Assembly (NCBI GenBank): GCA_002269645.1
Contig: NIVC01000614.1
Coordinates: forward strand, 89,835 to 153,834
Direction: 5' to 3'
DNA from: Macrostomum lignano
Lineage: Eukaryota
DNA: 64,000 bases
A program made the translations under genes and the position numbers. Every line of letters begins with the position of its first letter. Position 1 is the stretch's first letter. Below the pieces are notes generated by a model, which saw only the letters and a list, made by a program, of their open reading frames with translations, had not been told where the DNA came from and did no database searches. Positions 11,964 to 23,238 of this stretch are shown piece by piece.

Positions 11964-13593
11964 GATCAGTGAGATCTGGTAATGGAGTGGAGGATCAGTG
12001 AGACCTGGTAATGAGGTATCAATGAAATCTAGTAATGGAGGATCAGTGACATCAGGTAATGGGGTATCAATGAAATCTAGTAATGGAGCATCAGTGAGAT
12101 CAGGTAATGGGGTATTAATGAAATCTAGTAATGGAGGATCAGTGACATCAAGTAATGAGGTATCAATGAAATCTAGTAATGGAGCATCAGTGACATCAAG
12201 TAATGAGGTATCAATGAAATCTAGTAATGGAGCATCAGTGAGATCAGGTAATGGAGGATCAGTGAGATCAGGTAATGGAGCATCAGTGAGATCAGGTAAT
12301 GGAGCATCAGTGAGATCAGGTAATGGAGGATCAGTGAGATCAGGTAATGGAGGATCAGTGAGACCTGGTAATGAGGTATCAATGAAATCTAGTAATGGAG
12401 GATCAGTGAGATCTGGTAATGGGGTACCAATGAAATCTAGTAATGGAGCATCAGTGACATCAGGTAATGAGGTATCAATGAAATCTAGTAATGGAGCATC
12501 AGTGACATCAAGTAATGAGGTATCAATGAAATCTAGTAATGGAGCATCAGTGAGATCAGGTAATGGAGGATCAGTGAGATCAGGTAATGGAGCATCAGTG
12601 AGATCAGGTAATGGAGCATCAGTGAGATCAGGTAATGGAGCATCAGTGAGATCAGGTAATGGAGCATCAGTGAGATCAGGTAATGGAGGATCAGTGAGAT
12701 CAGGTAATGGGGTGGAGCATCAGTGAGATCAGGTAATGGAGGATCAGTGAGATCAGGTAATGGAGGATCAGTGAGATCAGGTAATGGAGGATCAGTGAGA
12801 TCAGGTAATGGAGGATCAGTGAGATCAGGTAATGGAGCATCAGTGAGATCAGGTAATGGAGGATCAGTGAGATCAGGTAATGGGGTGGAGCATCAGTGAG
12901 ATCAGGTAATGGAGGATCAGTGAGATCAGGTAATGGGGGATCAGTGAGATCAGGTAATGGAGCATCAGTGAGATCAGGTAATGGAGGATCAGTGAGATCA
13001 GGTAATGGGGTGGAGCATCAGTGAGATCTGGTAATGGAGGATCAGTGAGATCAGGTAATGGAGGATCAGTGAGATCAGGTAATGGAGGATCAGTGAGATC
13101 AGGTAATGGAGGATCAGTGAGATCAGGTAATGGGGTGGAGCATCAGTGAGATCTGGTAATGGAGGATCAGTGAGATCAGGTAATGGGGTGGAGCATCAGT
13201 GAGATCTGGTAATGGAGGATCAGTGAGATCAGGTAATGGAGGATCAGTGAGATCAGGTAATGGAGGATCAGTGAGATCAGGTCATGGGGTGGAGGATCAG
13301 TGAGATCAGGTAATGGGGTGGAAGATCAGTGAGATCAGGTAATGGAGGATCAGTGAGATCAGGTAATGGAGGATCAGTGAGATCAGGTCATGGGGTGGAG
13401 GATCAGTGAGATCAGGTAATGGGGTGGAAGATCAGTGAGATCTGGTAATGGAGGATCAGTGAGATCAGGTAATGGAGGATCAGTGAGATCAGGTAATGGG
13501 GTGGAGGATCAGTGAGATCAGGTAATGGAGGATCAGTGAGATCAGGTAATGGAGGATCAGTGAGATCAGGTAATGGAGCATCAGTGAGATCTG
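11964..13593. repeat. 24-bp minisatellite (GGAGGATCAGTGAGATCAGGTAAT) with an alternate 24-bp type and 29-bp variants
   Basis: Direct tandem reading. The left part alternates two unit types; the right part is homogeneous with GGGGT insertions. Confidence 0.97.
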
Positions 13594-14496
13594 GGAGTTA
13601 GTAAGTGTTATCGGCAATGCGAAAAGCGTATATGTTACAAAATAACTAAATAAAAGAATGTCACAAAAGACCAACTCTATGCTAGGGCAGTGACTTTTAC
13701 ATGTATAATAGACAGGCTTAGACAGGTTTTATTAAATGTTGCAGTTTTTAGACAAAATCTCCCGACAAGCAAAAAACAAGCACTTTTGTTGCAGGTTAAA
13801 TAAGATTCAAGATATTTTAAGTGTCGTTTCTATCACAAAAATCCATACGTTGATTCAGTCTCAGTCGCCTAACAGCAAAGCAAAGGAAATTCATTAGGGG
13901 CACAAAAGACTATAAAACAGAACAAGAGAGAAACGTGTTAGTGCCCAAAAAGACAAAATGAAAGCAAATATGAGTCAACCCCTGCTTTCACCCCGCACCT
14001 ATATATAGTAGTGATAAATATTGTTGTTTACAATTTGTCCCACGCCCAGTCTAAAATTAGTTGTACTTAAACGTGCCACACCGAAACTAAAAAAAATTTG
14101 ACCAACTCCCAGTTGCCATTTTCAAACATGGAATAATCATTTTTGTTAATACATTATAGCAAAGGCTACGTTTAACATACAAGAATATTGTGGCCGAAGC
14201 AGTCTGAACAAAAACAATATTTAATTTTCAGTTATTAGAAAAACACAAACACTGTATGAGCTTCAGTTGACAGGCCCTTTATAGCCGGGACACTTCCTAG
14301 ACATGTCATCATCAAAGCTTGTTACAGCAGTAAAAAAACGAACAGTTTATAAGTTTTCAGATAGCAAGCGCACAGCCAGATAAGGATGAAGTTTGTGTTG
14401 TGTTTTTTTTCTGCTGCAAATCAAGCAAAATAAATGAAGGGAAAAAGGAATTTGTCTGTTCATCTTTCTTCACAGCAGCATGCTGCCTGTTGATTC

Positions 14497-17400
14497 TCAA
14501 GAATTGGACTCCGGCCCAATGACCAGGGCGGACATGGCAAATAGCAGAAAGATGACGCCACCGCACAGAGTCACAGTGCGCACCGAGATGCGCTGAGCAA
14601 TGAACCGACCGCCTAGAACGGCCAGTCCAGTGCACAGGGCGTGACCAAGCGTGCCGCCAACAATAACGCCAACTACATCGTCGCGAGCGGCAAGAATTAT
14701 TGTGGCAATCTGCGACCGGTCGCCCCATTCGGCAAGAAATGTAAGCGAAAACGATTCGATGAGCACTTTGTTGACGAAGCTATAAATGATAGACCGTCTG
14801 GGACTGCGTATGACCCCAGTCTCCATGTCCTGCTCAACTGAGGCAGTCTGAGATTTGCAATACTCTTCGTCGCGTTTCTTTAAATCGGCTTGAACCTCTT
14901 CGTATTCTTCCATGCCCTCGTCCGGTTTCATATAATAACCTTCGCGAAGCATCTTCAAGCCGAAGATGGCGAACAGGGCGCTACTGACGTAGTAGGTGAA
15001 CCAGCGAGGTATAACGGTGGTTGCGTAACCCAGCACAGCCGACAAGATAGTCATGGTGGCCAGTGCTAGGATAGCGCCAGCGAATACGATTAGACGAGAA
15101 TGACGCATCGCCATAATAGCCGCGATGAAGAACGTTTTATCGCCCAGTTCGGAAACTATGATGACAGACAAGCTGGCTACGAATGCGTGGATGAAGCCGA
15201 AACGGGAGGCTGAGGACTCCACGGTTGCGCTGGAGTCGCCTTTCAGGTATCGCTACAATTTGTGCGCGTGTGTGTGAAGGGGGAATTAGATTATGAATAT
15301 GAAATTTTTGTAAGCATCCGGTATTAGTGCCAGACGTTTTTTAATAGTTAATGCCCATAAATATTCATTTAAAAATTACCAAAATAATAAACTAGGCAAA
15401 ACAATTTCCAACCTTCAGCAAGGCCATTAAGCTGGCAACAAAATTCATTTTCGCATTCATTCTTTTTCATCCTTGGGCTCTTTGTGATCTACACCCATGA
15501 AGGCCTTACAATGAAAATTCTATAGGCCAAAAATATGATACACAAGCTTGGAATGCTCTTAGATCCCTGAGCTTAAGACCATTAAGTACTTCAACAGCAG
15601 AGTTTTGACACCACATACAAATTGTGGTCGAGTGGTAAGGACTAAAGTTAATATGAACGTTTTTACTTTCTAGTTGAGCTGCAAATCCATAGAACCAGGG
15701 ACTATAATCGGGTTGATTTGGTAGAAACTAAATTTAAGATAAATATTTTTATTTCCAATATAAGAGACGGGCTCCTAAGTCCCTAGAATTAGAAACTAAT
15801 ACAACAAAGATAGGAATGTTTGACACTACATACATGTGTATCTGGGTTCAACTTGGGGGAGGAGAAGCTAAAGTTAAGATAAATCTTTTGACTTTCAATA
15901 CAAGATAAGCTCTTAAGTCTATAAATAACATTATAGTGCAGTAATTTTTCCTAGCTATATGCATATTTGTTAAATGATTTGGAAATTCGTACACACATTA
16001 TTAGGATCTCTACTTTAATATTTTTTTTATATTTTAACACATTCTAGTTTGGAACTAATTTGATATAATTATGATATATACTTTATTTCATTTTAAGGCT
16101 TGGCTCCTCTTCAAATGATGACAACATAGCCAGCAACAACTTGATGCCAACTGATGATCCCAAGGTTGACTTTGGAGCCCTTTGTGCTGAAGTTATTGGC
16201 TCTGGTCCTAGAGAGACTACCAGTTAGAGCCATGTTCTCTGCAGGTTTATTATAGCAAATTTATCAGATAATATATTTGATATTTATTAGCCAATGAAAG
16301 AGTTGGATACCTATCTGGCTCAACCAAGTGTTGAATTTTGTATCAACCTTGCATACTTCTGGAGAGACTACTGGGCTTATAAACAAATTAAGAGTTTATT
16401 CTGCAAATTTTTTAGACCACCTACTATTAATATCCCAAGTGAGATGATTTTTGTCAATATGCTGGTCTTTCTCTACTCCAATTTACTACTACTCAATTAT
16501 AATTAAAAGTGCAACCACATTTGAAATCAAATCAGAAGCTTTCAAAAATGTAACTAGCATTTGAACTTTTTGGATATTAATTGTTATTTAATACTTAGTC
16601 TATCTTTAAAATTAAAGAAACTAATTAGCTAGGACTTTTTTAAATTATAGTTGCAATTTCTATGCATTTATACTTTTTATATTTTTATATCTAAACTTTA
16701 AAATTTACATATTGAGATCATACTAGAACTTTTACAATCTTGCACTATATGTTTTTATTAATATCATTGAAATTTACTAGCAATAAATAAGACAACAGAT
16801 GATAGCCCTTGTGTAGCAATAAATGCATAGTTAAAAGGTTTTTTTAATGGCACTCAAAAGATACTAAACAAAGCCTACAATTTAGTTATACACATTATAG
16901 TTATACAAAATGCATAACAAAGTTCATAGATTGCACTATATATAAGCTGTTAGTGCAATATACTGCATTTAAGGCATAGTATAACCTCCATATACATTTT
17001 ATCTATTTTATTATAATGTATTGAATTATTACTATAGCAAGCAGATTTTGTCAGTGAATATAACTATTTTGTGTAGTCTTTGTTTTACTATTTTTGAGCT
17101 ACTTTTTATATCCATATGTCAAAGGGCTAAACTTCTGTCTTTAATGATCATACTAACACCACCAAAGTTGTTGCAGGCATGTTTCCTATATGCTAGGAAA
17201 TCCCACAAACTGTCACCAAAGTTGACATAGGACTTAATTCTGTCCTCTAAGTTATCCCATTAAATGCCACGGAATTTGTACTAGGGGTGACTTCTCTTCT
17301 TTTAAATCCTAATGATTAAATAGTGATTTAATTCGATCTTTTGCAATGATCCTATTGCTGTTATTTATGTACTTTTACTAGTGGCACATGAATATACTTA

Positions 17401-18606
17401 ATGCTTATATTTATCTATTGGTAGCATAAGTACATGTACTATACTTCTAGCCTAAGCAGTCTAATGGCAGTCTTTCAATTCAAAAAAAATTCAAAAAGAC
17501 AAAATGTATATTATAATATCATCTAGACTAGTTTATATCATATCAAGGCCAACAAGGGTCCACACTCAGGATCATGTTATGTACGCTGGAAATTTCCGGT
17601 GCACATTTAGGATAGCTAGCATACACTTGGTGCATAAAATTTTTGAAAGGGTCTTTTGGTATACATCTTGGCGTATATACAATTGGCATACCTTGCATGG
17701 TGCACATGCATAGCGCACACTAGAGGAGGCTACGCCATGGCCATTGCGAAAGACAAAATCAAAGAATGTAAAGTACATGAAATGTGAAATTTTGCACAAA
17801 GTTTTACAATGATTTTGCAAATATATTGTTATGACAATTGACAACTATTGCTTCATTTAAAATATTCTCTAAATTGTGTTTTATTTCTCTTTTTTATTCT
17901 TTATTTTTGAAGTTAAAAACATTAAATCTTCAAATCTTCAATTTATAATCTTTACTTGCAATTACGCAAAATGTTACAACTTATAATATATTATGATTTT
18001 GTATATATTGTGCATTTTAAAAAAATTAGGATTAGGATTTAGGACTCTTGCACCTGGCACACTTTTGCATTTTACCTGGCATACCTGGAGCACCAAAAAA
18101 ATTTTTGGGGTGGCTTCCGGCACACACGACACAGCATGATCCTGACTATGGACAAGGGTTAACTTTAATATAATTTTATTACTTTAGTGCCTTTTAAAAG
18201 GAATTAATGATATCTAACATATGCAAGATAAAATTATAATAATGTAAAAAGAGGATTTAAAAAAAGAAAACTAAATAATGTTGTATTGTATCCAAACCAT
18301 TTTGATATGACATTGGCAATTAATTTATTTAATTCTACTTATTATATTTAAGTTAAATGATTAAATTTATTAGTTAAATTTACTTACTTCTGCTTTTTCA
18401 TTAGCTTTCATGGCATTCTTAATTTTGTTTTTAAAGTTGTGCAGGAATGAACTATCTTCGGGTTTTGTATCATCACGTTTGCCAATGTTCAAGGATCCTG
18501 GGTTTTGACCATCATTTTCTTTAGCTAATACAGTGCACGGCAATAGCAGGCCACACAAGCAGATAGAAATAAAGATAAATCCAAAAAACGATAATTGGCG
18601 AAACAT
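14497..18606 (-). CDS. TMEM165: TMEM165/GDT1 (UPF0016) Ca2+/Mn2+ transporter; main exon 15252-14497, probable signal-peptide exon 18606-18388
   Basis: Both UPF0016 motifs are present (SELGDKTFF and FLAEWGDRSQIAT), with a central acidic loop. The upstream exon MFRQLSFFGFIFISICLCGLLLPCTVLA ends gaa|gtaagt in phase 0 and joins acceptor ttgtag|15252 in frame. The exon-1 assignment is less certain than the main exon. Confidence 0.93.
16140..16580 (+). mobile_element. Degenerate hAT transposase C-terminal (dimerisation domain) fossil
   Basis: KELDTYLAQP...FW...PPT..PSEMIF, then GCTGGT (AG) after a frameshift, matches the hAT ELxxYLxxP...W...P.TS..SER.FS.AG pattern. The downstream tttgaaatcaaatcaga looks like a CpG-decayed ttcgaaatcgaatcgga. 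Confidence 0.6.
17560..18151. mobile_element. 592-bp non-autonomous DNA transposon with ~23-bp TIRs and 8-bp TSD
   Basis: Left end CCACACTCAGGATCATGTTATGT; right end reverse-complements to CCATAGTCAGGATCATGCTGTGT. ACAAGGGT is duplicated at 17552-17559 and 18152-18159. Confidence 0.85.
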
Positions 18607-19116
18607 GCCTCAGGTTTTGCCTAAAGTTTACTTTTATTGCTATCGTAAAACTGAAGGAAAGTTTTGACCTGTGAAACAAGGCTTGATCTAATATTAAAGG
18701 TCTGTCAATTATTATAGTGCGATGCTATAAAGCGTTTCGTATACAACGTAAACTGAAATATTAAGCACAACAATTATAAAACTCTAAAGTCGACGCCGTT
18801 GAGCCCGCTGAAGAGAGTAATATGGGTCGTCGACGTGTCCGCTCCGAAAAAGTGGCTCACCGTGTTAAATAAACATTTTTTTAAAGTTATCGTGCTTCTA
18901 TGAAAAGGGTAAGTCTAACAAAATTTTCCTACCTTGCAACTAAAAACGTTATATGAATGGTAATTCGGTATTTTTTTATCAATAGAAGAACAAATTATTT
19001 ATTTTTTCAAAACCGGTCAGCAAGTTCACAAGTTCCCTCGTACTTGTGAGGATTGTAGCTGCCATAATGAACAGATACCAACCGAGGAACGAAGGAGAAG
19101 CAAGGAAAACTGTATA

Positions 19117-19765
19117 TAATATAATAATAATAATTGATTACACCTGCCCCAATTAAGTGAGAGGGTGCAGCTGACAGCAGTGCAAGGACTGGGGGGTTGC
19201 CACACCGCACCACCCTCAATTTACCCCAGCTAATGCTGCTGGTACCCTTTTACATGCAGCTAGGTGAACTGAAGCAATGCAGAGTTAAGTGTCTTGCTCA
19301 AGGACAGAAATTGTTCTAGTGGGATCGGGAATCGAACCCGGCCGACCTTTAAGTCGTGAGTCCCCTAGAGGACATTCTGTTTCTCAAACTTAGCAGATCT
19401 TTGTCTCTCTGTGCCATTCTTAGCATATCTTCTAAATCTGCTCGGTTCTTGCAGGATCTTCTAAGAAAGGAGGTACATTTGTTTTGTCATTGTCATTCAT
19501 TTGGCCAAAGTGTTCTTTATTTTTTATGGCAAAATGGGACAAAAATTTAATAAAATATGCGATTCGAAGCTATGTAAAAAGATATATAATTAAAAGTTAA
19601 AATCTTATACGATGTATCGCCCAGATCTGGTAAGTTTACCTAATTATTATCATAGCGAAAATCTTGCTCGTTCTTGCAACTTGCGCAGCAACCCAAGAAG
19701 ATTAGATAAGATCTGTTAAGAATCAACACGTCAATGTCTTATAGGGTCCGAAGCTCTTAATAACC
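19117..19765 (-). mobile_element. tRNA-derived CORE-like SINE copy interrupted by a MITE (SINE ~19117-19362, head remnant ~19749-19765)
   Basis: Reverse-complement match to the SINE at 33842-34195 (B-box GGTTCGATTC, ccttgagcaagacacttaactc, ATT tail). It lacks ~50 bp present in the other copy. Confidence 0.85.
19363..19745. mobile_element. 383-bp MITE with CCTA(G/T)A(G/A)GACATT TIRs and 3-bp TSD GTC
   Basis: CCTAGAGGACATT...AATGTCTTATAGG, with GTC at 19360-19362 and 19746-19748. Removing it restores gagtccgaagctc, matching the SINE head gagtccgacgctc. Confidence 0.85.
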
Positions 19766-19808
19766 CCCTGGTACATGTACATGTACGTCGTCGTATATAT
19801 AATAATGT

Positions 19809-21288
19809 ACAGGACGTAAAACTCGAAGATCGTGTGATTTTTAGGTCAATTTCGATATACAGCGGTTGTTGAGGAAAAGCTAAAATTCGAATGAAAACTA
19901 TATATTGATTTGCTTGCCACAGTCTGCATGGTATTATGTGTAGTCTTTGACTCTGCTGAGTAATATATAGTTAAATGATGGGTTTCGGCATTTTTGGTCC
20001 CTTTCGGGAAGCCTTCGGGCCTCAGGTCTCAGAAATAAATCAATTTGAGTCCTGGCCCCCCACTCCTGTCAGATGGTCAGCCCCATGGTATAGCTTGATC
20101 GTGTGGCGAGCAGTCTAGGTCCTATAGCTAAGAGAGGGACAGCGAGAGACAAAGCAGGGAGAATTCTGAAGGTAGAGATCAGCTAATCCGCAGATTAACT
20201 GTATTAATATTATTGGTAATATTATATTATATTACTATATTATATATTATTATATTATATATATTACTAATATTAATAATATTAGTAACTGACCCGCTGC
20301 CACCAGCCCGTGCGTTCTGGCTCACCAAACCGGAACTTTCGAAATCGGGCTTCCGACTAGAGGGGGCTTAGCACTAACCTGCCAACTAGTGTCTTTTTGC
20401 TGTCAATCTCGAAGTCATAGCCGATGATAAGGGACACTGCTGGGACTTGATCGCATTGGCCATGCAGGTACAGAGGGGACTTGTGCAGGGGATTCTTGCA
20501 GTGGCGAGACTATGGGGTAGTTACATGTACTATTGCATAGCTAAATACGAGGAATTGTACTTTTGGCCTTCAACGCGCCAACCAGCCTCTAAAATAACTG
20601 TCAGATTTAACCTTCTCACTGATTCACTTCACACTTCAGATTGAATTGGAGTATCAGACTACTAACAGTATTATTGAATGATCTCTGCCTGTTTGGCTGA
20701 GCCGATTTGTTATAACTGAAGTCGAATTTTCTGATTGGCTATGCTTGTTGCCACCCAAACTCACGTGACCAGAAAATCCTATCAGTTCCCTCGGGGACAT
20801 AAAAATACGCCAGGTGCAGTCATAAATCACTTAAAATCGCTACGTAATTATTTATGACCCTTCGCGTAGGAACGACAAAAATTAATGAAAAAATATACAT
20901 TAGAAAGATCTTATTAAGTAGAAGGTGAAGATGGTGAAGAGGAATCGCTAATCGCTAATCCCAAAGTACTTTTAAGGGTAAAACGCATAGCTGTCAAAGC
21001 TTGTCAAAATAGCTGTCAAAACTTGTGAGTATTTGCAACTTTGGGCTTATGAAATAAAGTGAAAACAATCTGAAAATGAAAACTTCACTACACAGCTATA
21101 TGAAAATATAATAGAGTAACATGTAGTGCATGTTAAATTAAAAGAATGTTAGTCTTCACTGCCCCAGATCAAATACAATCACTGATTTTGTGACGAAAAA
21201 CTAATTTTTTCCTATCTTCGCAGTGTATTTTTTTCAGGAAATCGTGGCCTCCAAAAGAATTGCACGATCTTTGAGTTTTACGTCCTGT
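19809..21288. mobile_element. Pair of 26-bp inverted repeats, possible termini of an old DNA transposon
   Basis: ACAGGACGTAAAACTCGAAGATCGTG (19809-19834) versus CACGATCTTTGAGTTTTACGTCCTGT (21263-21288), one mismatch. Confidence 0.6.
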
Positions 21289-23238
21289 TAGTCTAGAAGT
21301 CCTTGGTTAGATACTCGAGGTACTTCCCTTAGGATTCTAATTTTGGGTTGTTTACGCATCTCTGAAGGTCAGGCTGTCCGGGTCTGAGGTGGATTGACCT
21401 CTAACAGTCTAGACAGGCGACACTAAGTCTGGGAGGAATGTTTTTAATCCCATCCTGACCCCCGATTTGTGACTTTTTCACTATTTTTAGTGACTTATAG
21501 CGGTCTAGCTGTCACTTTTGGCTCCAGCCTGTCTGGGTCAAAGGGTCTTTCCAGCCTCCTCCCCACTCGCTCTGTTACCTTCTCCTTTGATTTATGGGCT
21601 TTTTGCAGTCAGTTTTGGCGTCAGGATGTCTAGACAAGTGACTTTTATTCGGTTTTGCTCGTGATTTATGACCGCACCAGTCAACTTCTCTGGGGTCTGA
21701 TGGCCACCTGGTGGGGTGGGTTTTGGAGTCTTGAGCTCAGCCAATCAGAGTCGACCTGACCGCCCCCGGCTCGACCAATCAGAAAACTCGGTGCCGATTT
21801 TAACAAAGGCTCTCAGCCAATGGGAAAATTCGGCGCTCGTTATAACAAATCGGCCGCGTGAGAGCTATAAAAGGCGGCATGTCGGCCCGCGCTCGAGTAA
21901 GGGTGTTTCTTTCGGTCCCTGGCAACCTTGGACTTCTTGGGCGAAGCTCTCTCCAACGTTCGTCCTTCGGCCGAGGTCACTCGTGATCCCTTTCCCCCGG
22001 CAGTTTCGGCTTCAATAGTTAAGTCTCCCCTGATCAGCATCGTTAGTACTCCCTGGTCGCGATCTAGGAGCAGCAACAGCAACCGGCAACTGAAGAGTAA
22101 CGGCGGCACTCGTCAGTTGAGATCAGCATCAGCATCCCGTCCGAGCGCTTCGGTCTCTGTGGAATCCTTGGCTACCAGCAGATAAGTCCTCTGATTGGTC
22201 GGGTGAGAGGCTTTCTTGACCTGCTGAACTGGGTGCGCCCTTTGTCTGACCCCTTCCTAGGTAGTCTGATAGGATTTGCACTTTTGTTTACTTGTTTTTG
22301 TGTGCCAAACTTGAGGCAGAAGTTTCATTTAATACTAAAAGTAGCCATTCGCTCTGACTCAATTTAAGGCGTTTAGGATTGCGGATTAAGTAAGAAAGTT
22401 AAATCTGGAAGTTAAAGATTGGCGTTTTCTTTCTTTTTCGCAATGCCAGCTGAGATGAGTGGCTAGATCTAGAGAGGCAGAGGTCACAGTGGACCGGAAG
22501 CGGCACAGTTCCCAGTCAAATAGTCGATCTAAGCAATCATGATAAGCATGCAAATTAAGTGCCAGACTGGTACTTTCGCGCGGTCTCAGGCAGCTAAGCG
22601 GCTAAGACAAGTTAAATGTTAGTCTAAAGATCTCCAAAGGCAGCAATACACCTACATCATCGCTATCTGTCGACGTGTTAACACATTTAGTGCCAAAAGC
22701 GTGCAGTTACGTGTACTTATACATGTACTTCTGGGAATTCGGTAATTCGGTATAGTGTATACTCTATACACTAGTAAATTTAGTAGTGTATAGAGGCTCG
22801 CCAGCGCAAGAATCCCCTGCAGAAGTCCTCTCTGTCCCTGCATGGCCAATGCGATCTTAGTCCCAGCAGTGTCCCTTCTATTCGGCTATGACTTCGAGAT
22901 AGACAGCTAAATGACACTAGGTGGCAGGTAAGTGCAGTGCCCCTCTAACGTCGGAAGTCCGATTTCGATAGCTCCGGATTGGTGAGCCAGGACGCACGGT
23001 CTGGTGGCAGCGGGTTGGTTAATCTGTGGATTATCTGTGGATCTCTACCTTTCAAATTCTCCCTGCTTGTCTCTCGCTGTCTTCTCTTAGCTATAGGACC
23101 TTGCTGCTCGCGGACAACCTATACTAGCTACCACGGGGCTGACCATCTGACAGGAGTGAGAGGCCAGAGTTCTAAGTGATTCATTTCTGAGTTCTGAGGC
23201 CCGAAGCTACAGGCTCAAAAAGGCCGAACCCATCATTT
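19973..23238. repeat. Long inverted repeat: arms ~19973-20510 and ~22797-23238 (~450 bp aligned, roughly 80-90% identical by eye)
   Basis: For example ctcgaagtcatagccga...gggacactgctgggac...gatcgcattggccatgcag on the left, with its reverse complement at ~22830-22900. The left arm carries an AT-rich (TAT)n insertion at ~20200-20290. Confidence 0.9.
21741..21872 (+). promoter_or_regulatory. Pol II promoter-like cluster: three CCAAT boxes, GC box, TATA box
   Basis: CCAAT at 21741, 21775 and 21817; CCGCCC at ~21760; TATAAAA at 21866-21872. No recognisable coding sequence follows. Confidence 0.55.

Noticed and set aside
11998-12726. 242-aa Ser/Gly/Asn repeat protein (RSGNGGSV)n
   Set aside because: It comes from the 24-bp minisatellite; 29-bp variants break the frame and there is no signal peptide or splice support.
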